A stretch of 64,000 bases of DNA, from contig CM069156.1 of NCBI GenBank assembly GCA_035221665.1, forward strand, positions 23,436,001 through 23,500,000, written 5' to 3'. Below the pieces are notes generated by a model. The model was given only the letters and a program-made list of their open reading frames with translations, was not told the DNA's origin and made no database searches. This stretch comes from Okamejei kenojei (lineage: Eukaryota). Made by a program: the position numbers and the translations under genes. Positions 10,645 through 22,929 of the stretch are shown here, piece after piece. How positions within the stretch are numbered: the first letter of the stretch is position 1; the number at the start of each line of letters is the position of its first letter.

Positions 10645-13600
10645 GTACCTTCTTAAACAATGTAAGGATCCTTATCAGTTGCCCACAGAAGGTTCTGCTA
10701 GTTGAGAATACCAATTTCTCAAGAAGCTCGTCCTTTCCCAAGGCTTGTGTTTACAGAAGCCTGAACCTTCACAAGAAATACATCCCCTCTCACCATTGTC
10801 AATATCTTTTGCTTGGGCACAACAGGAAGCAGCTTGGATGCAGTTTGAATGCTGGCCTCCAATTTCCTGATTACCCAGCCTTTCGACAGAACCCAAATTT
10901 CAAAGCTTTCATTTACTCTGAACTCAAATTCATCTTAACTTAATAAAATACATAAAATATTCCATTATTAACTAGGATATTATCATTCCCTCCTATTTAT
11001 CATATGAATGATAATACTACAGTTCTTGATTAGTACATAGTACTTAGATTAACACAACAATCAATAGTACAATAAATCCATAGTGAATTATCATTTCTCA
11101 TATTCCTCCAAACATACTGAATGGCCACCATTCTCCACCTTTATTAAAATCATGCATCCCTTCTCCAACCTCTGTAATCTTTTTAATTTATCTGGTGACA
11201 TGTGCTGCTAAATCTGCGATCTTAGAGGATTCATCGAGAATGTAAGTGCAGCATGCACAAGTCCCTCCTATTATCCTCTAGGGATATACGACAAAGTGCA
11301 ACCATTTCTGCCATAATGGATGAAAGGGCCTTTTACTTGTAGGTAAAGATGTCCACCATGTAATTAAACAATTTCTCCAATCCAGGGGACATATTAATCA
11401 ATTCCCGTGATAGACAGGCCGTCCCATACAGTGGGAAAGCAATCATCCAGAATTGCTCTGACTCTGATATACTTCACTTTAGCCCTCCTCGGGAATATAC
11501 AATTCAAGTTAGATGTTACACAGTTATCACGTGAGGGACAGCAAAGGCCAAATAACAACATCCCCATCAGTTGTAGGTTGACCTAATCAACCTTTCCCAG
11601 TTCTTCTCATCCCCAGGTACATACCAGGTAACCATGGGTATGCCCGAAATCCACATACAAAATATGTCCCATTTATGGGACTCAGCAGCCATTAGCACTA
11701 ACGTTGGTGCAGGTGGTGTTCCTCAGGTAGAATTAACTGAGCTCTGGGGCAATTCACTAATTGAAGCCATGGTATTTCATAACCTTGGTCTCATTTACCT
11801 TCCATCCTGTCTTAAAAGAGGCCACATACCATTCATTAAATATGGGTCCTTGACTTTGCCATTCTGAAGGCACCCATTAGTTGTTTTTTTATTGCGAAAA
11901 CAGTGCAAGGCCAGAATCTCAGTAAGGTTAAGGAATATTGTGATGAGAGGTATTCCTTCCCCACCATTATATGGGATGTGCGTACAAATCCAGCATACAC
12001 TTATTATTACAAAGGGCAAATTCAAAACTCATATACAAAAACAGATTATTTCCCCAAGTCCAGTGAATATGGGCCAACCCCAGAATATAAAAGAGGGTCA
12101 ATAGCCCCATTGTCCTTTCTTGGGTTCTCCGTAAAGTCAATCAGATGTATCCTCTTCACTGCAATTGATGTTGTTGGCAGCATCTGCTACAATCCCTTTC
12201 AACACCGTCCCAATTTCTTCTGATCCCAGTACCATATCAGTACGTAGTCTGATAGTATGGACTCGTCCCTGTGTTCAACAGATAGTGGCTTCTGTGACTC
12301 TTATACCTGGGAATGCAGACCTTGCAAGGCATGGGTCAATTGCTGTGCATACGTAATTAATTAATCGCTGAGGACCTGTAGGTAAGTTCATAATTTCACA
12401 GCTTATCCTGTTATCAATTCAAAAGGTTTTAACTCTGTCTCTCTAGCTGGGGTTGAAACATCAAAATAGCTGAACACCTTAACCCATTCCTGACAAGTCT
12501 CAGTCAAAACTTCACAAACCTTTTAGTGTCCTATTCATTCCCTCCAAAACTATTCCAAAACTCTGCAATTGGTGGAATATATGAAATCACTCGTTAACTA
12601 CTGACAAGGCAGAGTCCCCTTCATCACCTTTCCTGTGAAACATTTACCCTGATCAATCTAAAGAGGAACCCCTCACCTAAATATTATCTCTTTGATTCCT
12701 TATCACAATTCTAGCTGTTCTATCTTCGCATGGAAATACCGTTACCCAGTAAGTAAAGCAATCAATCAGTGCTAAATAGTAGCCATTATTTTATGGCTAG
12801 AGGAAGGGTCCTGTGAAAATTATCTATCTATGTTGATCTGCACGCTACACTCATTTTCCATTTGGCACTGCAATTATCTCAAACTGCCCCTAACTTCCCT
12901 GCTTCTAAGTCACACTATACTATGGGGAGAGTGTAAGTTATAACCCCCCTCAGTGTGTTGGGCTCTAAGATTTCCATTGCCCATGTTACATATTCGTGCA
13001 CTTAAGCACACCAGTGCAGCCAAGCTAACACTGGACTTTGCTTCGTGGAACAGCAAGCAACTGTTCTCATTCTGTCTTGATAGTCTGTTACTACCACTGA
13101 AGTACCCTTCTTTCATGACCACAGCACAAATGGTAGTTTAGTCAAATATGAGAATCCCAGTGCTGGGAAGGGGGTCAGGGATAGTTTATACATTTTTTCT
13201 TCAATTGTCCAAATATATTTCTTCTTCCCCAATCTACTCTATCTCCCAACATTTACTCCCCATAATGATTTCTCTCAAACTACGGTAATCAACTGGCACA
13301 AAATACATGCTTCCTTCCACACATTTAAGACAGGAAACAGGAAACCTGGCTCCTCATTTGCATTCTAAGAGACAAAAAATATTTATTTTCACCACATTAC
13401 AAAGAACATTACTTAAGATATTCTGAATGTACTTTGTACATTTATGTACTCTTGTACTTTTCATTCACAGGTACTTTTCCCCTGGCTATCTTCAGCCAAA
13501 TAATCCACTTTTTTTAAACCAGCACGTTAGCTTCATTATTCAACTACAAAGACACCCAGATCCCCTTGCAGAGTTACATTCCAAAGTTTAAATACTCTTA

Positions 13601-16073
13601 TTTTCTATTCTTCCTCCCTAAATGAAAATATATATTCCTACATTATGCTCCAACTGCCAAATTCTGTCTCAGTCAATCTACACTCTGCAATTTTATGTCA
13701 TCACCACTTACTAACCAATTTGACAAAAAAAAATCTTGCTCCTTTTTTTAAAATCCAAATGAATTACATGGATGATCAATAACTGATATGCTAGCAGTCT
13801 CTCTTTTGGCACAAGTGTCATTCTAGAAACGTGAAGCCAATCCCGTTAAGACCATTTAGGACTGAGATATTGGCTTATCCAATCTCATCTAACACATGGA
13901 GATGGCATGCAAGTCTTCTTTTGAACAATTCAAAAGATAAGAAAATAGGAAAAAAACACTTAAAATACCAATGACAACTTACATTTTTCATCTCTCTATT
14001 GAAAGCTAAGAGAAAATAAAGAATGAACTTAATTTTCATAGATTGCTAAGATATTTGCAAAGAACAAATAACTTTGGGTGGCTCCACCTCCACACAACAA
14101 TTGACTTTTTAAAGTGACACACACTACATAAACGAGCAAGCTCATTCAATTATATCCTATTTCATCTGAAGTGTAGGATTAAATCAGCATTCATCCAACG
14201 CTTCCACAAACACGCAACACTCGTTAAATTTACTTATACCTTTTTTCCTGTGTCATTCACTCACAGGTTGCCACACATACAATATGCTACATCTTACAGA
14301 TATTCACACTTTAAACAATAAAATTATCACTCAAAAGTAAAACACAGTAATACAAACCTCGAGGAAATCATTCTAACTCTTAAAACGTAGATACACCCAA
14401 ATACGTTTATAAGCTTACCTCCCATTTCACACATTTACTCAATTTGCATGGAATTTTCACTGAGGAAAATGGGCATCACAATTAGGTTTTTAAATTGTAC
14501 GGTGTATCTCTATTGTTTTTCCTTTTTACCAGCATGCATAAGGGAGTGCATATAAAATAATATAACAGACAGAAAAACATCAATTACACAAATTTGTCCA
14601 AAAGGGTTGTGATCCAGAGTCCCGTAGTGGAATCAATGGCACTGCCCTTTCGTTTCCATAATTATTTTCCCTATTCAAAGGCGTCCCTTTGCAATTTCTA
14701 AACCTTCCCTTGCCTGACAAGTCCGTTCTGTTTATTAGAATCTTTCATTCTTTTTGGACCAGAATTTGCAAGCTGCCACGTGGGCAGTGCTATTAGCTCA
14801 GGCATTCCCCTGGGAGACTTTGTCATGGCCATCATATGGGTATTGCACTTAATAATGGCTAGATGGACTGGGAAGGCTGAGGCTAGTGTAGTTGTCACGT
14901 TTTCTTTGAGTTGTGAAAATCTTCTTCTTGTTGGAAAGAGAGTTAAATTGAATAAGAATATACCAAACCCACAAAAACCTTCATCTGCTAGGAATGGGCA
15001 GGCTGGTATGATTCACAATGGGATGGTCCAATTCCCTGTCAATCAGGATCCTGGCCACTGTGATTGAACATTGATCCAGATTGTGATTAGTCAGACTTCC
15101 TGTCAATCAGGATCTTGCCACACCCCACAACCGTTGGGTCACTCACAAACTCTCTCAGTCTTTCTCTCCAGCAGAGATAAGCTCTTTGCCGAAAGCGATT
15201 CAAAGTTCTAAGGCAAGTTTATTTTAAACAGTATAGGCTGTAGGCTTGTGAGTTAAAGTTTTTAAGCAGCCTCAATTCTCATGCCTTTTTCTCTTCCAAT
15301 TGTCTTTAATTTATCTGCTGTTTTCTCTCTCTGGTCATCTGCGTTGTTTAACTCTCTCACTGCTGAATTCAATTATTGCTTCTTCTTCGTCTTCCGCCTC
15401 AGCCCTTTCCCTTCTTCTTTCTCATCTGCCTTTTCAGTCTCCAAGTTGCCATCAGTATCAGTTTCATCTGGGGGTGCCCTTCCTTGGAGGGGTGCTGGAG
15501 CCTCCCCCCCACCCCTACAGGATCTTATATGGGGTGGTGGTCTACACTATTCCCAACTTTGATCCTCATTTCCCCATCAAATTTGTTCCTTCATCCCCCC
15601 TCTTCTATAAACAGGGTTGCTTATGTCAGACAAGGGGTCCCCGGGGTTATATCGTTTCAGCGCCATTTACTTTTTCCCTTTTTTTTCTTTTTTAACAGTT
15701 TCTACATTTCATGTTCCTTCGACCGGCTAAGATTCACCCCACAAACATTTGGTTAGCTTATAACTTAATATTCTATAGTCTTTCTATTCTATAGGATTCA
15801 AATAACACATATATTGGACGGGCGTTCCCCCATCACTTTTATCCAGATTATTCCCCATAGCTAGAGATAAAGAGAAAGAGAGAGGGAAAGAGAGAGAGTA
15901 CGAGAGAAAGAGAAAGAGAGAAAGAGAAAGCAGACTTCGCAACTCTTTAAAGAAACCACGCCCAAAGTGTCTCAACTAGGCAGACCCGTTAATCGAGACC
16001 CCAGTTTCTTAACTTGGCAAACTTCTTAACTCTTTACAAAACAAAAAAATACAAAAACAAAAAAACGCTTATT

Positions 16074-16164
16074 TCTCAACCCGACAACCTCGGATGTCTC
16101 AACAAGCCAGGCGCACACCTCGTCCCCTGTATCTCAACCCGACAACCTCGGATGTCTCAACAAG
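16074..16164 (+). repeat. Duplicated 33-bp motif in the ERV leader
   Basis: TCTCAACCCGACAACCTCGGATGTCTCAACAAG at ~16074 and ~16132. Confidence 0.8.
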
Positions 16165-16525
16165 GCCGACGAACCCTTTGTAGTGAGAGAGAAAGAGAAA
16201 ACAAAGAGAGGGATAGACAGGAAGAAAGATAGAAAGGAAAAGAAAATATATAGATAGAAAAAGAGAGAGAAACCGCTCAATTCCTCCTTAAAAATATACA
16301 CAAGCCCTTCTTAAAAATACATACACAATTGGTCTTACGGTTGTCTGTATCAAGGATTTCGGCAGGGCACTGGATCAACCTACTACGAAGGACGCAAGTT
16401 TTCCCGGGTGCTTCTTTGGGAGGTCGGTCTCAAGGGGTCCGAATAGTGCACTTTTTATCCTCCCCCATCAGATCCCGGACAAACTATCGCCTCTTACTCA
16501 GTCGTCTGTTGATGGTCCCAGCTAA

Positions 16526-16543
16526 ATCCTGCTGACTACGCCA
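16526..16543 (-). promoter_or_regulatory. ERV primer-binding site, tRNA-Ser
   Basis: Minus strand TGGCGTAGTCAGCAGGAT is complementary, with one mismatch, to the vertebrate tRNA-Ser 3' end ATCCTGCCGACTACGCCA. Confidence 0.85.
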
Positions 16544-16544
16544 A

Positions 16545-16915
16545 TGTTAAGGCTCATTTTCTTAAAACAGACAACTTACAATAAGTTAGGTAAAACCAAT
16601 ACAAGCTTTAATGATCATTTAGCTAGAGAGTGCTAGGAGGATCAAAGTCAAGCATACAGCAGATACTTAACTCCTCCCAGGCCACCACTCTAATGAATGA
16701 AGACATACAGCATCTTTTTATAGTATTTCAGAAACATAGTCACATGTTCATACAGAGTTGCAGCAATTACGTCTAACATATCAATCACATCTCTACCCAT
16801 TCAAAGGATGCTTGTCACTAATACAATACTTCTCATGCTATGGTTATATCGATCACAAACTTTAGTTACGAAACCCCCAAATAACAGGAAGTTAGTCAAA
16901 GGCCTATCATGTGCA
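16545..16915 (-). repeat. ERV 5' LTR
   Basis: Direct repeat of 10274-10644, adjacent to the PBS. Confidence 0.92.
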
Positions 16916-17198
16916 GTGTGGTATTATGGGAATAATAGTGTAAGTAATGCGGTGGCCGGAGGTGACGTGGGAACCCGGGGGTGTGGCAGTTAGGGAGTTG
17001 CCCGCGCATGCACATGAGCAGGCAGCTGCTGTACAGAGTTGCTAAATAAAGATATACTCCGTTTACGTCGTGGTACGAGCTTTATTATACAAATAAACGC
17101 GACATGGTGTCGGAAGTGGGATCCTTGTAAGCAAAAAAATAAATAAAGAAGAGGAAGGGGTATCGTTTTGGGGCGAAATGGGAGACTAGCCTGCAGAT

Positions 17199-18390
17199 AT
17201 GGCGCAATCCACACCAACTGCTACGTTCACAATACAACCTCCAGAGCCATTCGATTTCACCAAGCCTCAAGAATGGGAGCGTTGGATCAGGAGATTCGAC
17301 CGCTTTCGGCTTGCAAGCAATTTAAACGCGAAGTCGGCAGAAAACCAGGTGAACACGTTAGTGTATTGCATGGGCGATGAAGCTGAAGATGTGCTAAAGG
17401 GGCTAACGCTAACTGCAGATGAGAGAGAGGAGGGAGTACACGGATGTCAAGGCGGGCTTTGATGCATTTTTGTACCTAAAAAGAATGTAATCTATGAAAG
17501 AGCCGAGTTCAATCAGCGTGTGCAACTGCCAGGAGAAACGGTGGATTCCTTCATCACTGCTCTATACGGATTAGCTGAACACTGCAACTATGGACAGTTA
17601 CAGAACGAGCTGATCCGCGACAGGTTAGTGGTCGGGCTGAGAAACGTCTCATTGTAAGAAAAGCTACAGCTAGACAGAGACCCAACCCTTGCAACTGCAA
17701 TACCAAAAACAAGGCAGTCTGCAGAAGTTAGACGACAGTGGTCTGACTTCAGAGGAGAAAATAGCGGTGCTAGCAAGTGCCCTAATGTTGATGCTGTGCA
17801 TGCTAAAAGCCAAATTTCCCTCAAAGCCTCAGCCACAAGCACAAACACCAAGCAAAAATAGACTTAATACACGGCCTCAGCCAGGTTCAAAGGCCTGTTA
17901 TAGATGTGGAAAAATGCCCTCGCATGGGAAATGGGAACGCCCTGCTAAAGATGCTGTGCTTCACAACTGTGGCAAAAAGGGACAATATGGTAGAGTGTGC
18001 AAAAACAGTGCAAAATCTCTCAATGCAGTCACTACAGAGGAAGAAGAGAGTTTTTTCCTGGGGGCCGTGGATGCTGGAAAAGACTCGTGGACAGTGCAGC
18101 TAGAAGTGAGACAAAAAAAAGTGTGCTTTAAAATAGACACTGGTGCTGATGTCACCGCCATGCCAGCTGAGGTGTACCATGACATTACAAGGGGGCATGA
18201 AGCGCCTGGCAGTGTCGACACGCCCATTGTTTGGGCCAGGGGGCAATGCACTCTATGTCCTGGGTGTAGCCAGAGAAACACTGCGCAGAGGCAAAAAGAC
18301 AGCCATAGAGAACATTTATGTAGCAAAAGACCTGCACACTGCACTGTTGGGAAGGCCTGCCATCGAACGGCTTCAGCTTGTGTGCAGGGT
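17199..18390 (+). pseudogene. gag: Gypsy gag and protease, disrupted
   Basis: PPEPFDFTKPQEWERWIRRF; degenerate CCHC knuckles; DTGAD protease motif; frameshifts and stops. Confidence 0.85.
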
Positions 18391-18820
18391 GTTTTTGTTT
18401 TTTTTTTAATTTATTATTTTTATTTTTAAATTTTATTATACAACTTAGGAGATAGGTCCGTAGGTACAGAAAACAAAACTATTCGTCTAGTCCTGGGTTC
18501 AAGCTTCTGTCGAGCCACAGCGCTGGCCCATTCTACCCCTTCAAATAATCTATGAACGGGGACCATATTCTAATAAATAATTCAGGTTTGTCGATTAAAA
18601 CAAATCTAATTTTTTCCAGATTTAAGGTCTCCGACATCTCCATAATCCACATTTTAGTTGTAGGGAATGCAGGTTTTTTCCAAAATTTTTATATTAGTTT
18701 TTTCCCAGTTATTATACTATAATCCAGGAAATTTCTTTGGTTTATTGTTAGTTTTAGGTATTGTTCGGATATGCCCAATATTATTAATTTAGGATCGGGA
18801 TCCAGTTGAATATTAACCAG

Positions 18821-21122
18821 TATATCCCTTCTATGAATATTCATGAGTAGTCTAGAAACGTGATTGGTCAATCGGTATTCGAAGAATAAAAAATAAATTG
18901 CACTAGCTCCAATTATTTTTTGCTATTTTCTCCTGGGCAGCTCTGCGCATGCTCTTTTTACTAATTTCTTCCTTGGTAAAACTGCGCATGCTCAAAACTC
19001 GGTCACGAAATTTGCTTCAATTCGAACCACGAACGCACAGACGACAATGCTGAGCAAGACTGTACATTGTACGGAAAGCTCGTTAATTTGCCGCCTGTAG
19101 CAACGGTATGCATAGTTTGCATGCAGAGTGTATGGCCCACTGCACTGCGCTGCGAGCTGCCGCCGCAGTACAGCGAGACTAGACGTAAACAAACATGGCA
19201 GCTTCCAGCTTACCGAGTGACCGTGTTCATTTTGAACTTTTAGAAGGGGCTGATATTGAAGATTTCATTGCATCCACGGACAGTTGTAATACGAAGAAAG
19301 TTATCAAATTTGGAGTGGCTGTTTTTCGTGAGTTTTGCACAGTGATTGACGTCAATTTTGAGGAACTTTCAAATCAAGATTTGGACACTGTCTTAGCAAG
19401 ATTCTTCGTTGCAGCAAAGAACAAACGAGGTGAGGACTACTCACGAAAGAGTATGTTATCCATTAGATTTGCATTACAACGGCATTCCGTGTCATCCAGG
19501 GATGTAGATATTATTAAAAGCAGTGACTTCAGTCGTTCAAATCGTGCTTTTAAAGCAAAGTTCGCAAAGTTGAAATCAGTTGGTAAAGCTGAGGTGAAGC
19601 ATCATCCTCCAATTAGTGATGATGATTTAGATAAAATGGATAGAAATTTGGACATGTCAGAGCCTAAGGGCCTTCAACGCAAAGCATTCATTGTATGTAT
19701 GCTACAGGTCGCAAATCGTGGCATGGAAAACTTGCGAGATATGAGAAAAACTGATCTTATCCTGCATAGTTCAGATTCAGAGGCAGAATTCTTCACTTTA
19801 ATTGATAAATCTACAAAAAATCACACCTCAGATGAGCGTAAAAGCCAAGGTGGGCAAATGCATTCCCGCAGTGATGCAGAGGGGACATGTCCAGTTAAAA
19901 TCATGAAAGAATACCTGAATAAACTCCATCCAGATTGTCCATTTCTCTGGCAACGTCCAAAACAGAAACCTACACCTGGGAAAAAAGAGTGGTATGACAA
20001 TGCACCAATCGGTACACACACCCTCGAGGTGATGATGAAGACCATCAGCAAGGAAGCAAATCTCAGTCAGATTTACACAAATCATTCACTACGAGCTACC
20101 AGCATTACGCGTCTTGATTATGCTGGCTTCACATCTCGTGATATAATGACTGTTTCGGGCCACAAGTCAGAAAGTTCTATCAAACACTACTCGCGAACCA
20201 GTGATGAAAATAAGATCGCCATGTCTAAGGCAATCTCATCAAGAGCATCAACAGCATCATCATCCGCAGAACTTGATGCTAGAAATATTCCATCAACTTC
20301 ATGTGGAGCTAAACCACAAGAAGATGAGCCATTGACATCTGATAATGTTAGTGACATGTCTGGAGGAACAGGTATGACAGGCTTGACAGCTGATAACTCG
20401 GCCTCTTCTGCGGATGCAAGGGTATTGGATAATGTTGATAGTAGTCTTTCAGACAGCCAGCTTGAAAGGGTGATGTCATCTATTCCGAGTTCAGTGCCCC
20501 TTGAAAATATTACAAACCAGAACGTTACATTGGTCCATAAGACTACTCGGTCACCACAGTTCCATTTCCACTCTGGATGTGTGGTCCACATTTACAATAA
20601 ATAGACTACCTGAACATGAAATATTTTGTAAATATGTTCAGAATTGTGGTTTTATAAACTTTTGGCTCATCTTCTTGTAGTTTTGCACTTTTGCAGCAAC
20701 CTGTACATTAGTTTGCAAACTTTTCTACTACACCAAGATTTCATTGGAATTTATGAATAGTGACTTTAGTGACTTTCTTCATGCTTCAAAAGGAACTCTG
20801 GATAATTGGACTAGTATTGGATAGAACGTTCAAGTTTTACTCTGTTATCTTTCATTGAGGATATCGCGCACTCAGCTATTTCAAGACAGTTTATGCAGAA
20901 GAATGGGGTAAGTCGATTTATTTTCTGTACTTTTTATTTTTATTAGATGTTATGAAGGGATATAAAACAAATATACCAAGCTTTTAGTTCAAAAGTATAG
21001 TGGAAATTATCTACCTTCGGAGGGACTGTCAATAGTTACTATTTTTTCCGAGGGGCTATGCCAGTCCCTCCTCAGATAGATAATTTCCACTATACTTTCT
21101 CACAGCTTGGTATATTTGTATA
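18821..21122 (+). mobile_element. Crypton-like tyrosine-recombinase DNA transposon, apparently complete, inserted at TA
   Basis: Boundaries are set by resumption of L1 sequence on both sides; single YR ORF, no RT, no conventional TIRs; 11-bp inverted repeat 18821-18831/20954-20964; terminal hairpin 20967-21119. Confidence 0.88.
19195..20604 (+). CDS. Crypton-type tyrosine recombinase (DUF3504/phage-integrase-like), 469 aa, intact
   Basis: Catalytic set R (ANRGMENLR), K (STKNH), HxxR (NHSLRAT), H (SGHKS), Y (IKHYSR); good start context AACATGG; Ser-rich tail. Confidence 0.9.
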   Translation: MAASSLPSDRVHFELLEGADIEDFIASTDSCNTKKVIKFGVAVFREFCTVIDVNFEELSNQDLDTVLARFFVAAKNKRGEDYSRKSMLSIRFALQRHSVSSRDVDIIKSSDFSRSNRAFKAKFAKLKSVGKAEVKHHPPISDDDLDKMDRNLDMSEPKGLQRKAFIVCMLQVANRGMENLRDMRKTDLILHSSDSEAEFFTLIDKSTKNHTSDERKSQGGQMHSRSDAEGTCPVKIMKEYLNKLHPDCPFLWQRPKQKPTPGKKEWYDNAPIGTHTLEVMMKTISKEANLSQIYTNHSLRATSITRLDYAGFTSRDIMTVSGHKSESSIKHYSRTSDENKIAMSKAISSRASTASSSAELDARNIPSTSCGAKPQEDEPLTSDNVSDMSGGTGMTGLTADNSASSADARVLDNVDSSLSDSQLERVMSSIPSSVPLENITNQNVTLVHKTTRSPQFHFHSGCVVHIYNK

Positions 21123-21471
21123 CTACGGAAATAATTTTTTAAATATCCACCCAAAATGTTTTAATTTTTATGCAATTTACAAAAGTATGGGTTAAATTAG
21201 CCTCAGAGTATTGACATTTATCGCAGATAGGAGAGATATTAGGAAAAAATTCTGTTTAATTTTGTTTTAGAATAATACAATCTGTGTAATATTTTAAATT
21301 GTATTAAAGAATGTCTGGCGTTTAACGAACATTGATGTATATGTTATAGGCTTTCATCCCAAATATCTTTCGTTATGGGTTGAACTAATTCATTTTCCCA
21401 TGCTTGTCTATGTGATTCCGTCGACGGATTCTCACTATCTAACAGAATATTGTAAAGCTTGTGTGCAGGGT

Positions 21472-22594
21472 TAACGGCATCACCGTGGAATCAGTGAAAC
21501 AACAATATCCGAAGCTGTGTCGTGGCTTGGGTCGTTCGGAGGCCATACTCAATTAAATTAAGCCAGAGGCGGTGCCCTTCTCCACACGCCACGCAGAGCC
21601 TCTGCCGCTTATGAAAAAAGTGAGGAAGGAGATCGACCGTATGGAGAAGATGGGCGTAATCACCAAGATTGAGGAGCCGACTGATTGGTGTATCGGGATG
21701 GTGGTGGTGCTGAAGAAAACAGGTGATGTTCGCATTTGTGTGGACTTCACAATGATGAATGGATCAGTATGCAGAGATAAGTTTATCCTGCCTTCTGTCG
21801 AGCACACTCTGGGCATGCTAGCTAGCGCAACAGTATTCAGCAAATTAGATGCCAACATGGGCTTTTGGCAAGTACCATTGACAAAAGAGTCTGCCAAATA
21901 CACCACCTTCATCACGCCTTTTGGGCGCTACTATTTTAACCGTCTACCCTTTGGCATAGCATCAGCACCTGAGCACTTTCAAAGGATGATGGTGACAGAA
22001 GTGACCGGTGGCCTGGAGGGGGTACTGTGTCACATGGATAACATCCTGGTCTGGGAACAGACTCAGGAGGAGCTTGATGTGCGGCTGCATGCGGTGCTAG
22101 AGAAGGCATATAAGACCGGCATTACGCTCAACATGGACAAATGTGAGCTCACACGCCACGCAGTCAGATTCCTGGGTCATGTGATTTCAGCAGATGGAGT
22201 GAAGCCAGATCCAGAGAAGACGAGAGCAGTACAAGAAATGAATGCACCCAAAAATGTCAGCAAACTCAGGAGTTTTCTGGGCATGGTCAATCGGCTGGGC
22301 TGCTTCTTGCCTAACCTGGCTGAAAAAGACAAAGTGCTATGGGACCTGCTGTCCAAGAAGAACCACTGGTGCTGGGGGACAGAGCAGCAGGCCGCCTTTG
22401 ATCAGTTAAAAACAGAGCTGTCATCCACACCAGTGCTCACATTATACAACCCAAACAGTGCTCTAAAGATCTCTGCTGATGCCTCTTCCTTTGGCCTGGG
22501 GGCAGTCCTGCTGCAGAAAAGCGATGCCATGTGGTCACCTGTGGCATATGCGTCCAGGTCAATGACACCAACAGAGCAGCGTTATGCTCAAGTA
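21472..22594 (+). pseudogene. pol: Gypsy RT and partial RNase H (catalytic motif reads HMDN)
   Basis: VRICVDF, FSKLDANMGFWQ, RLPFGIASAPEHFQ, ADASSFGLGAVL, EQRYAQVE, then a break into LTR sequence. Confidence 0.88.
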
Positions 22595-22929
22595 GAACCC
22601 GGGGGAACCCGGGGGTGTGGCAGTAGGGAGTTGCCCGGGCATGCAGTACCTGGAATGTGCTGCCAGAGGTGGTGGTGGAGGGAGATATGTCAGTTGCATT
22701 TAAGCTTTTAAATAGACACATAGATATGCATAAAATAGATTGATACAGATATTTTGCAGACAGGATATTAGTTCAACTTGGCATCATGTTCGGCACGGAC
22801 ATTGTGGACCTGTTCCTGTGTTATATTGTTCTGTGTTATGTTCTATGACTTGGCAACAGTCCTGAATGGATATTCCATGGTTATCACCTGAATGGATATG
22901 ATGTATCATTGTGTGTTTGCACCAAGATC

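Larger units (their letters stand above)
10274..16915 (-). mobile_element. Endogenous retrovirus (class I/epsilon-like), two LTRs, decayed gag-pol-env
   Basis: 371-bp LTR pair; PBS; gag start MGNNLDKS at 15858; integrase-like remnant (FTGPLP...LIDCFTYWV, ~12700-12830); env remnant with furin site, fusion peptide FWMIAFPLYG and GTCACCTYI at ~11050-11500. Confidence 0.9.
18391..21455 (-). mobile_element. 5'-truncated L1 (~760 bp, same family as 3546-8856) inserted in the Gypsy protease and split by a Crypton
   Basis: 16-bp TSD AGCTTGTGTGCAGGGT at 18375-18390 and 21456-21471; poly(T) from 18392; near-identical to the reverse complement of ~8123-8850. Confidence 0.93.
16917..22645 (+). mobile_element. 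Ty3/Gypsy element: 5' LTR, gag-PR, RT/RNase H; integrase deleted; interrupted by L1 and Crypton
   Basis: LTR 16917-17104; PBS TGGTGTCGGAAGTGGGAT (tRNA-Leu-like) 17105-17122; gag from 17199; protease FKIDTGADV; RT ORF 21572..22711; LTR fragment at 22603-22645. Confidence 0.9.

Noticed and set aside
16910-16925. TSD of the ERV
   Set aside because: The left flank ends GTGG, but the right flank runs almost immediately into the Gypsy LTR (GTGTGG), so no TSD can be assigned; the LTR end could also be 6 bp shorter.
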